Shown: positions 47,974-61,147 of the stretch, in pieces
How positions within the stretch are numbered: position 1 is the stretch's first letter
How the letters are laid out: the number at the start of each line of letters is the position of its first letter
Position numbers and translations under genes: made by a program
DNA from: Hydrolagus colliei
Lineage: Eukaryota
Length of the DNA: 64,000 nt
NCBI GenBank assembly: GCA_035084275.1
Contig: CM068750.1
Span: 7,130,001 to 7,194,000 of the forward strand
Direction: 5' to 3'
Notes under the pieces: generated by a model
Told to the model about the DNA's origin: nothing
Seen by the model: only the letters and a program-made list of their open reading frames with translations
Database searches by the model: none

Positions 47974-48379
47974 AAAATACATGCCACAATGCTGTTGGAA
48001 GGGATGGATACACACCAAAGCCCAGCGTGGCAGAAGCATTTGTACAATTATCTAAACACACTCAACAGTGCAAATGTACAAACATTTTATTTAGTCGAAT
48101 GCATTCGGATATGACTTTAGAAATCAGCGCATTTTCACTTGCAGGTAAAATGCGTTAAAACGACACAATGGATGATTAACATACCCCATTCTCACCTTTA
48201 TAGTTATGCAAGGAATTGAATTGTTAGTTAATGGGCTAACGTGTACTTTATAAATTTCGGATTCCAAACTGTCTCCTGATTATATATATATGTGTATATA
48301 TATCTCCATTTCTATCTAAGTCCGTGACACTACTGACACAGAATGGGAAACTAACTAAAAACTATTATTTTTAGTCTCT

Positions 48380-49200
48380 GTGCATAGTATCCGCGGTACA
48401 ATACACTGCCCTCGAGTCTTCCGATAAAATATATAGGGATAGGAGCTGGACTGCGCAGAAACACAGCAGCCGTTTTTACGAACAGCCCTCACACACACAC
48501 ACACACACAAAGATGCGCTTAAAATGAAATAAGTTCCCAGCACACCAGACAAAGCACCGCCTTGAATATCGTCCTTTTGCAGCACACGGGGGTCATGCTG
48601 GAGCAGTAAGAATCAGACGTGCGGCCAAAATAACACATGCATTCATTTACACTACAGAGAAGCCACAGTATACACTGTACGCAACGATCTCACTGTTTGC
48701 AAACGCACGGTGACAAAACACAGGGTCCGAACAGAAAGTTAGCGACGGACTTACCATACTGCAGTGCCGAGGATTTATCGCATGTTTCCCTGTAATCGTG
48801 TCTAATTAGTTTGCACGATCGCCTCAGTTCGCCATCCTACTTGCTCTCGCTCTCTCTCTCTCTGTTAAAGAGTCTATCGCCTTGAAACGCACAGGAGCTG
48901 CACGGGTGGCGCCTGGTGCACAAGAGCAAGCGCGCACAGAAATGCTCCGAAAAGGTCCATTTTAAGAAACATCGCCGAGGATCAATGGGAACCAACCCAA
49001 CCTGGTCTGCGGGCCGCCCAGTCCCATGCAATTTGTTGGGAAGGACGCACGTCACTGGCATTTTAACACGAGTTCATAAAGCCTCGACTCTCTGATCTCT
49101 ATAATATTTCACTTCCTTCCCGCTGAAGTGGGTGATAGTTAAGACATGTGCGCAGCAGTGGTCCTGCAAGTTGCCGGCGACTCGTGGTGTTACATACAGT
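48380..49200. promoter_or_regulatory. CpG-rich region, candidate distal BMP4 promoter
   Basis: Visibly high CpG density against CpG-poor flanks; TGGCGCC (Smad1/5-type GC element) at 48907-48913; CACGTCA at about 49048. Confidence 0.5.
48755..48870 (-). other. BMP4: Probable BMP4 upstream non-coding exon 1 (5' boundary unknown)
   Basis: Consensus donor CTGCAGTATG|gtaagt at 48754 in CpG-rich DNA; ends in ATG, as I recall human exon 1 does (...ACCTATG|). Confidence 0.6.
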
Positions 49201-50723
49201 GTTTATACAAATATATATATTTATATATAAACACGTAAGTATTAAAGGACGACTGAACCCCCCCCCCCCCCCACCCCCCACCACCTCCTCTCTTCTTCTC
49301 CTCCTCTCTACAAGTTGTCTCATATGGTTTACATCACATGGGCTGGGAAGGACATTATTCCTTTACTGTGGGAGGGCAAACATAATTCCACATCAATTAG
49401 GTTGGGTTCCTTTGCAGCAACCAAACTGTTTCGTGGGGCAAAATAGAGTAAAGTTAAGCTTAAAACAAACAGGAGTGGCAGAGTATATATGTGTGTATAT
49501 ATATATATACACACACACAGACAATTACATATCAGGAATGGAACGAGAATGTCGAAAGGATGGATGTGAAATTGAATGGACATGAAAAGTGCATGAGACC
49601 CTGGTTTGTACCCAAAAAAACACTGAATAACAGGGCACCAGGTCTCGACTGGACATGACATGACACGGGGTGAAAGTTTACATCCAATGCTAATCTGTAC
49701 TCTTCCATCTCAAACACTGGGGGCATCTTCCAATCTGTACTGTACATTATGGCCCTCCAAATGAATTTGCAAAAATATTAATGTTACGAACAGTTTGAAG
49801 TCCGGCATTAAGTTTTCTTAAAACTCTTGTGCTATTTGAACTATTGTGTTCACAAACACAGCTATAAGCAAACAAGCTGCAGTTATTCGGTGGCTACCTG
49901 TACCTGTTTTCAGGATGGGGGCATTGAATAAGTAGTCCACTGGCATCTTTCTTTAAACCCTGGAAAAGCAGAGTACAGTGCATAGCTTACTTGTTCTGCC
50001 AGGTCCACTAAGAAACCGTTAAGACTCTGGGTTTTTTTAAAATAAAAAAAAGTTTCAAAGTTTAAAAAGTAGCTTCAGAGTTATAGTGCATCAGTTACAA
50101 AGATATTACTGTAATTGGAAGCAGAAATTGTTTCAGTTTGACACCAAAATGCACAGTATATCTACTGTATAACACAATATAGAATAGTTATTTGGGCAGA
50201 TCTAAACCTCAGTCGTTCAAGGAAGGGCCAAGGAAACTCTTTGTATCATATAACTCGGATCAAATGGTTTCAATTATGTTAAATGGTCCTATGGTTAGTC
50301 AGTGTGCTTGTAATTTTATCCAATAAGTAGGTCACATTTATACATATTCATTCTTTGTTCTTATCAGTGGATGAATGATCTCCTATCAACAAGGGTGTAA
50401 GTTCAGTTTCAAAACTTCGTGTATGGGTGGGCGTGGGAGAGGGCTTGGGGTAAGTAGCCTAATTAAATTGCGGGTAAAATAATACAAATACTGTAGATCA
50501 TAGTTTATTTACTAAACAAATAATATACTGAATTGGCAGAAGTTTGTGAATCTGTCACTTGCTCCCTCCCCCCCCCTCCCCCCAGTCAGGGAGTGGTGGG
50601 CAATGCAGATGACTTGAAAGAAAGAGAAATTAGGCAAAAATAGATTAAAAACAGCTGCTGCCACCCACAGAACCAGACCCAGCGCAAGCAACCAGCTTCA
50701 AGAGAAGATAATTATAAAAATAT

Positions 50724-50860
50724 TAATAATAATCATTGCATTTGATACAGCACTTTTCACGTCTTCTGGATGTCTCGGAGCCGTTCACAGAATACTACTA
50801 TAAAGTGAATCGACTGTAGATTTGGCATGTGGCAAACGTGGCAGCCAATTGCGCACAGCA
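50724..50860 (-). mobile_element. Family A SINE 3' fragment
   Basis: taataataatcattgcatttgatacagcacttttcac...ggcagccaattgcgcacagcag. Confidence 0.82.
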
Positions 50861-51651
50861 GATGCACAAGAGGAGAAAATCAGAGGGGCTAAAATGTTAA
50901 AGAAACACAGATGAGTGCACACACGCCCTACAAGGGTTGTGTAGGAGAAATCAGCATCTGCTCCAGCGCAAACCAATGTCATTGGCCAGGATTCAGCTGA
51001 ATATTCTGCAGTGAGCATTTCCTGCCAGTTACAAGAACATAGCCACACAACCGATGGTGATAACCTTCCGTTAAATTTCCTAAATACTTAATATTTCCCG
51101 ATCAGCAAATGCTTCCAGACCAACTAATGCTTATTATCTAAGAGGGGATAATCTGCTTACTGCTTGATTGGTGTTGTGATATTTGGCAATGTGTGAATAT
51201 AGTTAGAAATTCACGTCATAAGATCACGTTGCCAACATCACTGCTGTGACTGGAAGCATGTAGGATATCACCTGGCTAACATTTTAAATGGGTTTCTCCT
51301 CTTAGCTTTAGTTCCAAATCAATAAACGTCCAAATTATTTATACAAAGGAACCCAATAATTTTCTCTTTATTCAGTGTTACAAAGTTCAGACAAAGTCAC
51401 CTAATAAATCCTTAAGCTTTACCATTTGAAGCTCTATTTTAGATTCTCCCTAATTCTATGATGACGCATATATGTAATTTACAAATTGAAGGGAACCCCA
51501 CCCTGGCTATACAAATAGAGAGCATTAGATTTTTTTTAGTCAGCCGGGTGTCTGACACATGTGGAAACCCATCACCATGCTTAAGAATATCCAAACCAAA
51601 CTGAGAATTCCATGCGTGCTACAGAAAGCTGGCTTGATTCCGACATTCCCT

Positions 51652-51986
51652 TACTACTACTACTACTAATAATAATCATTACATTTGATATAGTGCTTTT
51701 CACATCTTATCGACATATCAAAGCTCTTCACAGAATATACTGTAAAGTGAATTGACTGGATATTTGTGGGTGAATCGCGGCAGCCAATTGTGCACAGCAG
51801 TGTCTCACAAACAGTCATGGATTGAAATGACCAATTTTTATTATTGTGTTTTTTTTGGACGGATTATTATTAGGCGTGTGGAGTAAGGAAACTTGCCCAA
51901 GGTTTCGCCCTGACCTGCCTGGATTCGAACACAAGTCTCCTCAGCTTGCAAGACAAGTGCTCTAACCACTGAGCCACAGGAGCTCC
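51652..51986 (-). mobile_element. Family A SINE, full length, short form
   Basis: Head GGAGCTCCTGTGGCTCAGTGGTTAGAGCACTTGTCTTGCAAG...GTTCGAATCC; tail (ATT)n(AGT)n. Confidence 0.93.
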
Positions 51987-54807
51987 CTTGCGAAACATGT
52001 TACCTTCGAATCAATTCAGTTTCAAAGACATCCCACTAATCTCCTCCCCAAAGAGGATAGTCACTAGTAGGTTGCTTTACATCCAACAAGCATTGGTATA
52101 AGCCCTCACTTGGTAGGTGGAACTCCCTGCAAGCTTACCAGAACATTTTATGGAGTGGCAAAAGCTGGAAATTGTTTATGGCGCCTTGTTTTGAAGTTTT
52201 AGGCTATCACTCCTGTGTCCACCTATGTATAGAACAAGAAAAACACAATACTGATTATAAAATCGAGTGTATTGTGGGATTAAGTTGAATCTCGGTTCAT
52301 TCCACTGGTTAAATAAATGTTACCTTTACTTTCTCTCTCCTCCATCCGCCACCATCCCAAACAAAAATCTGCTTCAAGCAACAGGTAACAATGTAGACAC
52401 ATTACCAACATAGAGTATTGTACATTTTTTGAGCTTATATTTATTTCTGTGGAAGCTATTATAACAGAAATGTTGGCATGACATGAAAAAAGTACTGTTG
52501 GACATTTTCCATGTATCATCCCAAAGCTTCCCCAACTATGAAAAGGAGCTTTGAGTATAGCAGCATTCCAGATGAATTTATGGATCTCGTCAACTACTAT
52601 TACCTCTTTCCTGTCCTTTCTCCTAAGTAGAAAATACAGGATTAAAGATTAACATTCTTTTATGTAAAAGAAAAGATTGTATCTTATTCAGCCTGGTTTA
52701 TCCTCTACCTTTATATTAATACAGTACATTGACTGCAATTTATTACATGAAATAAGATAAGAGCGCATTATTTAGCAAATGATCAATTTGAATTGAACAA
52801 TCAGTTTTATTCACGAGCTGGATTAACATTGTAACTATACAGCTCCGATCATTCGCTTGTGGAAGATTACTTGTTGTGCTTCTGGCTTTTTACTAAACAT
52901 CTCATTTTGAATCAGCTCAAGTATATATTTGGCTCATGTCTACAGAATACATTTACTAGTCCTGCTGGTCAACACAATACTGTAATGCTGCTTTGTGATG
53001 ACTGTGCAGAGTTTCAAGGAGTGAACGGTCAATCTCTTTTGGGACAGTGTAGTTTACCAGTGATTTATACTGGTAGTAGCAAATATATCCACCTTAAATG
53101 ACCTTATTTGCCAAAGCTGGGTAACGCTATCACAACAGTCTAACCTACACTTCTCTCTTTCTGTCATCTTGGAGTTCAGCACTTTAGTGAATTGAGGATT
53201 TCCAAAGCCTCGGGCCTGATCCTGGGTGTTCTCCAGAACCAGCACTGCTCCCCATAGAGTTAAACATCAACTTGAAAAGGGGATGATAAGAATGTCAGTC
53301 ATGCACAGATCACCCTGTAAAACCATAAGACAAAAAAAAAGTTTGGGAGAATTCATACCTAGTACAGAAGTTCAAGGCCAAGGATGAAATTTTAAAAGCC
53401 ACCTATAAGGTTTAAATTTCTAGTGTCAACAGAGATATCGATGCACCCTGTAGACAGAAAATGTCAAACTACAGTACTGAGCGAGTTTTGTTTAACACAG
53501 CGAGTTGTACTCCTCCCATTCCCTTAAAAAAAACTCACGATTTCCTCGGGGGACAAGATGTCTGAAGGGTGCATTGTAGCAGGAGGAGTAATTCAGAACC
53601 ATCAAAGAGTATGTGTATGATGGACAAGCCCTTATCCAGGAGAACTAGTTTAGCCCCTAATTAGAAGTTAATTGCAGCTCTTGATATTAGATACAGCAGG
53701 AATTTAAATGCTGGGACAAAAGGGAAAGAACTAACTACAAAGCACTAATTTAAGAAAACACTAACAAGCGCTGAAACATTTTATTAAAGTAAATAAGGCG
53801 AGTTTGTGTTGTCGTCTCGAAAACTTGGTTCTTTTCATGGAATCTTGCTTCTTCAAGAGGTTTTATTGTTCGTAATGGTAAGTTGGGATATCAGAGGTTA
53901 GCTTCCTGACTTAAAAGATTATCTTTTGAAACAGAGATAATTCCAGCATCTCTTTCCACAGTTTTTAACCGACTGCTTCAACCAGTTGAGTAAGGCTCAC
54001 AGGAAGTACTCTGGCTATCTTTACTAATCTGCGTAAAAATACCCCTTTCCATATACAGCACAGGCTTGTTCTTCTCTCTCTTTTTTTTGCTGCTTTTATT
54101 GGGAAGACTTTTCTTGCATGATATTGTCTGTAGCAAGCGTTCCATTCTTTGTGAATGAATTTGTGCTATCTTTGTAAATGATTACACCTGATCATAATGC
54201 CAAGGATCTCCTTCTCAAAACAGATTTGGCTTGTACCAAAAATAAATACAGCATGAACTGAATCACAGTTGAAATGCACTGCTGAAATGCCCATCATCTG
54301 CTAGGAAAGAATGCTCAAACATTGCATCACAATGGAATAAGGGGCCTGAAAATACTCAAGGTCTTCACTTTAAGATTTGGAACCCGGATTTTCACAGTTC
54401 ATCGAAAGAATTGAAAACTTTGAAATTAAGACTGGATTCTTTCAAATTTCTGAAAATTAAGAAATTTTAGGATAATGGACTCATGCACCAAACTGAAGGA
54501 TTTGGGTCAAAAGTGTAAACGCTTTCTACTAAAATCATTCTAGTGCCGCCATTAATGTGTCATCTTTATAAAACAAACATCACTTGTTTGCTGTCAGAGC
54601 AACAGAGCTAGGACATAATTGGAGGCAAGACACACCGAAGTTCTCTGGTGTCTCAGCATTCACTATATCCACATGAAATCTTTGGTAATCTTTCACTCCC
54701 CATAGAGCCAATCAAACTCTTTCTTCAACAGGTAGTATTAGGAAAGGGCATAGCAAGGAAACGAGAGAGAAAACCTGGGTGATGAGCAGTAAGGGCACAG
54801 GAGGCTA

Positions 54808-54915
54808 CAACAACAATAACAAAATTACATTTGTGGAGTGCCTTTCACATCAGCAGGACGTCCCAAGGTGTTAAGGCCACAAGGATGGTGAACTGTAGGT
54901 AGGGGGAGAAAAGAT
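54808..54915 (-). mobile_element. L2 3' tail fragment
   Basis: caacaataacaaaattacatttgtggagtgcctttcacatcagcaggacgtcccaaggtg matches 61150-61210. Confidence 0.7.
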
Positions 54916-56349
54916 CATACCTACTATTCATACACCTGCAGCCTTCTTATTGGAATATTCACACGATGTCAGGTTAATTCTAATTTGCTTACAGTGTTTC
55001 TGTCAGGTATGCGGGTTGGGGCGGAAGCCTGCCTGGGCAAAACATTTCTTATCAATATACAAGGGAAAAAGGAAGCTATTGTTTCAACAACAGCCTAATA
55101 TCAGCAATTATGACATATGCTTATTGCAGACAATTATGTAACCGATTTATCAATGGCTGCAATCAGGTGAGAAATCCCTTGAACCAGATAGAGAGTTGAA
55201 TGCTGTGACAATCACTGACTAAATGTCCACATGGAGGTCATGTTACGAGATTAGCTCCATGGAAACATAGAAAGAGGAGTAAGACATTCAGCCCCTCAAG
55301 CCTGTTCCACCAATTGTATTCTGGGTGAGCGGATCAAGTTGTGCAATGGACCCATGTTCTCCAGACCCATGCTTTCCTATGTTTAGCTCCTGAAACACAT
55401 GTCAACTAAGGAAGACCATCCCCTTCATGGGCTGAACCCAGCAGGATGGCCTATGCCAATAGTACTACAGTATTTGGTTTACCTGATCGCTCAGGTTAGA
55501 GAGCTTCTAATGAAACCAAAAGTGTTTTATGGCATTAATAGAACATTATGGAGGAAGCAGCAAATGTATTTTACTCTGCTAAGTTCTGATTATTTTATAG
55601 CAAGCAACGCACCTTTTTGAACCTCTCCCCTTTGTTGCTTTCTCTGAACCTCAAACCCACCACCCCACCTCCCTCCCCACCACCCCTCCCCGCCACTGCT
55701 CCAGATTTCTACGGAGATTATGAAAGAAAGACTAAAAACAAATGTATTTCCTGTATGAAGCAAAGTGCATTCAGCATTTCAATCGCAGACGTTACATAAA
55801 ATGACAGATGGCTAAAAGAGCATTAGACAGAGGAAAAAAATATAGAGGGATTGGAACTGGTGACAAGGTTCCAATACACTTAGGATGATGTCATAAAATA
55901 TGAGAGCAAACTTGAGGAGTTTGTAAAAATTGCTCCAAACGCCAGGAGTGCTGGTTACACATCTGAACACATTCAAGCCATCTTTTACTTTATAATGTAC
56001 TGTACAGTACCTAACTTTGCTTTTCTCCAGCTGGGTGGTAAACTAGTCGGGATGGGAGGTGGGGGGGGGGAGGTTAAAAGTTTATGACTCTAGTACAGGG
56101 ATGTGTGGTCTTCTCACAGAAGAGGAAGAGAAGGCTTTACTGAAAAATTGAATAATATTTTTATTAATAAAAGTATTAATACGCTTCCTGTCATATCACA
56201 GTGCTCCCTTACAAAGACCAGACTTTTCCCGTGAACGACTTATGTCTTTTAATGAAAGACTATCCCGTGTGCCCCATAACAGCGAACACACCACCTAGAA
56301 AAAACTTGAGAAGAGTATGGCCAGTTATTGAAAATAATTGCATGCCAGC

Positions 56350-57035
56350 TCCCCAGTGGCTCAGTTAATAAAATCACTGCTTGGTGTGAAACTGACCCAT
56401 ACAGAAATGGAATGTCCAAGGCCAAACCATGGTCTGTACTATCTAATCTCAGAATGCCGGGGATTGGGGAAAGTTTGGGCAGACACGGGTAGTCCAGGGC
56501 TGCATTGTCAGAGGTGCTGTCCTTCTGAGGAGATATTAAACCAAGGAGGGCTCATCTGACTGTTCAGGTACACGTGGTAGGTAGGTACATACACACACAC
56601 ACACACACACTTACGTATGTACATACACACATAGATACATATCCCATGGCACTATTCAAAAGGGAAAAACGAGATTCTAGCCAAATATTCCCCAGATAAA
56701 ATCAGTCATTTTCATGGCTGTGTGTGGAACATTGCTGTGTGCAAATTAGCTTCAAGTTCGCCTACAAATACATTCATTACTGTCACTTTGAGATGTTGCA
56801 ATGACGTGATAATGTACCATATTAAAATCTTAAATGCAAAGATTGTTATATTATTTAAAACAGCCCGGGTTCCTGCTCCTGTCACTATCCCAGTGATGCT
56901 GTGGGATAGTCTGTGTGGGTGGATGCTAGGGATGGCAGGATTATGCTCAGCTGTGGTCAAATAGTCTGCTGATATGAACAATGGCTTCTTGGCTGGGGTA
57001 CTGGAAGAGACATCATCCCCATGAAACATTACCTC
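56350..57035 (+). mobile_element. Nested element: family C SINE interrupted by a 5'-truncated Deu-type SINE (about 56495-56852)
   Basis: Family C head, then Deu core (gctgcattgtcagaggtgctgtcc...atcccatggcactattc...ttgctgtgtgcaaattagct...aaatgcaaagattgtt); family C resumes at cagcccgggttcctgctcctg. Confidence 0.6.
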
Positions 57036-57469
57036 AGTGTGAGTCAACAACTCCAGGGGAGGAGAGAGAAAAGATAAATAATTGAAGCTGTACATCAGGT
57101 TTTGGAACCAGCAGTTTGCACCTATATATATGTTATATATATATATATATAACATAGCTAATAGTGCTCTCTATATAAGAATGTAATTCTTCTATTCCGC
57201 GATAATGTAATTCATTTCCTACATGATAATTGCTTATAATAGTTTGTCTAACACATTGGATTGAGTGTGGGATATTGTACTCATTGGACACCTATCCCTA
57301 TTTTTACACTTAATTTAAAAATTGAATTATTGTTCATCTATATTTTGGTTTGTGGAAATTGATATTTTTTCTAAATTGAGGCTTCCCAAGGTCAAGTATA
57401 GCTCAGCCAGAAAGAGATTATAACATTCTCTTTCTTCATCCAATATGTTGTCTAAACCCCAAAGTTGAA

Positions 57470-57835
57470 TCCTTAGGCTGTGTTGATTTAGCTAGGTTTA
57501 GCTAGGGCACTATAATTGGTTTCAGAATACTCAGGTTGGGGAGAAGCACAATAATGCAAGGTTCCCACTCCTGGTCATTATCTAAGGATGTTTACTTTGG
57601 ATCTAGGGAAAGAAACGGTAACTGGACGAGGACAGGGTTGGACTCAGCAGCGATGAAGATCTACCTGTGGTCACCTCCCCATTGTCCCTTGACTAACCCT
57701 GCCACTGTGCAGCAGATGATATCCTGCGTGAAGATCATTATATTAAAAGCAAGTTGTTATTGATGCCCTTCCTAGTGGTAAAGCTTGCCAACACTCACTA
57801 TCTCAGCTTTACACGTGAAGAAGGGCCACCCAATC
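57470..57835 (+). mobile_element. Ancient SINE-like family C copy
   Basis: gggcactataattggtttcag...aggttcccactcctggtcattatc...gacgaggacagggttgg...gccaacactcactatctcagctttacacgtgaagaagggccac. Confidence 0.6.
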
Positions 57836-58844
57836 CTTCAGATCATTGGCCAACGCACCTGGACCCATACCAAAGAGAAGGAAACAAACATTTGCACTAT
57901 AAAAGGATGCAACCATGGGCTGAATTTTGCTCCTGGTGGGGATAAAAAGGAATTTGATAGTAAATCTGCTGATCTACCAGCCAAGCACTAGCGTAGCATT
58001 TCTTTCCTTGTGGGACAGTGGTAAATTTACTTGTGGTAAATTCAGCTGCACAAGCAGATCCAAGTTGAAATCATGCTAAAAGACCCATAAATGAGCTACT
58101 TGACCTTTGCAAGTGAGTCTAGCATAGTTTCCGCAGGCAGTAAGCTCAGAAAAATGGCAAGGAAAAAGTAAGGGAAAAAACACACCCTTGGGAGGCTGAG
58201 GTCAATATTCTGGTGAAATTGGTTCACTTCACACAAAACATACAGCAACACCTTGCGTGGATCATGCAGTTAAGCAGACACTTCTCCCCACCCCCTCTCG
58301 CAAACACACACATACAAATCGTTCAAAATGGGTTCAGAAAACCTGCATGAATCGTTCAAATTATGTCACAAACCACTATAGAAAATATTGTACAATTAGA
58401 TGATACTGCATAAGTGAATTTAAAAGACAATAAAAGGTATCTCTTCTACTAATGTAGAAATACCCACAAATGTTTAGTGCGGTGAAGTGTCCATGGAAGT
58501 CTCAAACTCAGCCATACAGACACATGGTACCTTGTGAGAGGCTGATATAACATAATCTATACTGAAGGTATGATACCTCCATATTTTAAGGGTCTCTAAT
58601 CGCAAGTTACCTGCTTGACAAAACGCAGCCTAGGAAACCTGAATCAGTAACAAAGATATGTGATAATCCATTGTGGAACTAGGGAGAGCAGAAGGGGTGG
58701 CTTAACCACTTTAGTCAATAGTCTGGGCGTCTAGTTATAGAAAGTTTTGCAGCTTAAACCCAATCAGACAAATATGTTTTAAAAACTGACTTTTTCTTTC
58801 CATTAGGATATGATCCCAAGGATTGTAGGCACCCTCCAATAGCT

Positions 58845-59125
58845 CATAAAAATGGCCATTGTTCACTTATGGCCTATGAAGGTCACTGTGAGCAGGATAA
58901 GGGTATCACAGCCAAACCCCTCCCATTCTTAACCAGTGCCCACACCACCTGGTCGCTCAGCTGGGTTTTCTGGATAGAGATGAGGAGCAGATCCCCAGGC
59001 TAACTATCCCGATTCCAACCTAATGATATCAAGTTCAATTATAAACTTTAGTTGAGCTTGGCTGAAGTCAGCTAACTCAGCATAGACTGGGACTCTGTCT
59101 TTGGTGTGGCCCATTTAGCCATTGT
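58845..59125 (-). mobile_element. Ancient SINE-like family C copy
   Basis: Plus strand aatggccatt...gggtatcacagccaaaccc...ctggatagagatgaggagcag...cagctaactcagcatagactggga is the reverse complement of the family layout. Confidence 0.55.
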
Positions 59126-61147
59126 GTGTGAGTCTGTGGGGTGGGGAGTGGGTGGGGTAGGAGCAGACTCAATGGAATAGATATACGGTACTGTACATCT
59201 AAACCAAATACTGTACATGGAGCTATACAAGTAACTATACCGACTGGCACATACATCATCTGCATGCACCTTAAGAGAACCTCTAAGTCAGAGCTTCCAC
59301 AGAGATAACAAATGTTTCAGTGCTAAATTGTTGGAGGAGCTTCAAGAACTGCAGCAAGTAAAGTGTTCCTCAGCTCTGGGTTTGATTCCATCTAAGGTTT
59401 CAGCCTCATTCCAAGTAGTCAAATTGAGCTATAATCAAAAGAAGTAGGTTAGGCAAAAATACTGTACTTAAATGTTATTATAAACAGCTATTTTCTCAGA
59501 GAAGTAGCAAGCAAGCTGTTGACCTTTTTTCCACGGAACCTTGTAACCTAGAAATGGCTGCAAAACAAATCTTGCACTTATTTTGTTTAACAATTCCAGT
59601 GGTATCTCTGTTTTTTTTATTAAAAAAAGTTCAGTGACTGCAGATTATTTTGAGCCAAGTAATTACTAAGGGACAAGAAAATTGGTCTTTGCTCCTCTCC
59701 ACTGCCTTTCTGTGTGCTGCTGCTGTTCGAAGGGCATATGATACTGGGATAGGCACTTTTAGGGCGTAATGGCGATATTAAAACAAACTTCAAGTTCCAG
59801 TATATTAAATAGTCTAAGAGCAATATACTGTATTGTGATTTGGCTCTTGTCCTTGCCTTTCCATCCCTCAATTATTAGCTGAATTGGCTTTTCTTTTAAT
59901 GATTCTTGCACTGCCAGTGATTAATGCCAAAATGGAAATGTAAAACTGATGGTAATTGGAGCACAACTATACATCTCCTTTCCAAAAAATAATTACCGAT
60001 GGTGTCAAGGCTACCCAAACCTACTAAATTATAAAAGCTAGGTCCAGGCCATTTATAATTTAGGCCCAGACCCAAATCATCCGAGAGAGAAAAATTTCAA
60101 AACTCTCACTTAATGGAATAACAGATGGAGACCTTTAACAAATGGTTTATCTCACTAGCAGTGAAGATTAATTTTAAAGACACATTGCATACAGTTAACT
60201 CTTCAAAGAGCTTACAAATATGGTTATGGAATAATAAAAGATCATGCTTTACCATTGAGTTCCATCAACTCTTTTATGGGGACACCAACCAACCATGAGT
60301 GAATGTCCAAGAAGATTAAAGTTCTGTGAAATTTCTCCTGGATCTCCAAAATTAATCAAGCAAAACTCCAATAATTCATCTACAATTTTGTCACTATTCC
60401 TTATTCTCTATTTATGAATGAGAGAAGCAAAAACCTTGTGCTTTAATTGAGAAATATCATCCAATTGAAATGATAGAAGAATAGTTGAGCCTGTGGGAGT
60501 AGATGTCTGTTCACTTCATTCATAGATGCTGTAAGAGTTGTCTTGGGTAGTGTGCAAAGATTATTATTTTCATACTGTCTATACAGTTCCTAACTGCCAT
60601 AACAAGAAATTGATCATAATTTGTCGTTGGCTGGTGGTTGATTCAGAGACCACAAGCCTTGCTGGCTGGTGCAGAAAGTGGAAATGTCCCACTGGTGTAT
60701 TAGGGGCAATTTTCAGAGGTTGTGGTTTAGTTGAGAGCACTTCACATTGCATCCAAGCCATTCAACACATGCTTGATGCTTATATTAGATAGCAAAGAGA
60801 GAAATGTTTTCCATTCCTCAGCATAGATATCCCTCACCCTGTCAAATGCATAACAATGATTAGATAAAGCTGTAACTTGCTTTTGTTGCGATTGTTGTTA
60901 AGTAGAACAACCTGTATTTTTATGTAATGATTTCAGTAAGTTATATTCTGTGAATTTAAATGATCACATACAATTTAATTTTAATCACGATTTGAAGTCC
61001 GCATAATCTTTTGGGGTCTTAGTGTATAACAATCATTATGGCATCAACCAATACTAGAGAGTTCCCCATTTCATAGTCAGTTGAAGCCTTGTGGGTTGAT
61101 ATATAGTATTGGCAGTAATGCCATTGATTTAGCACTAAACCTCTACT

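Larger units (their letters stand above)
39715..49520. repeat. Dense cluster of (CA)n, (GA)n, (TA)n and poly-C/G simple repeats across the BMP4 locus
   Basis: Examples at 40400-40420, 40681-40716, 41270-41325, 41889-41906, 42392-42420, 43374-43409, 44962-44979, 45440-45472, 45877-45910, 45955-46048 and 47941-47974. Confidence 0.9.
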
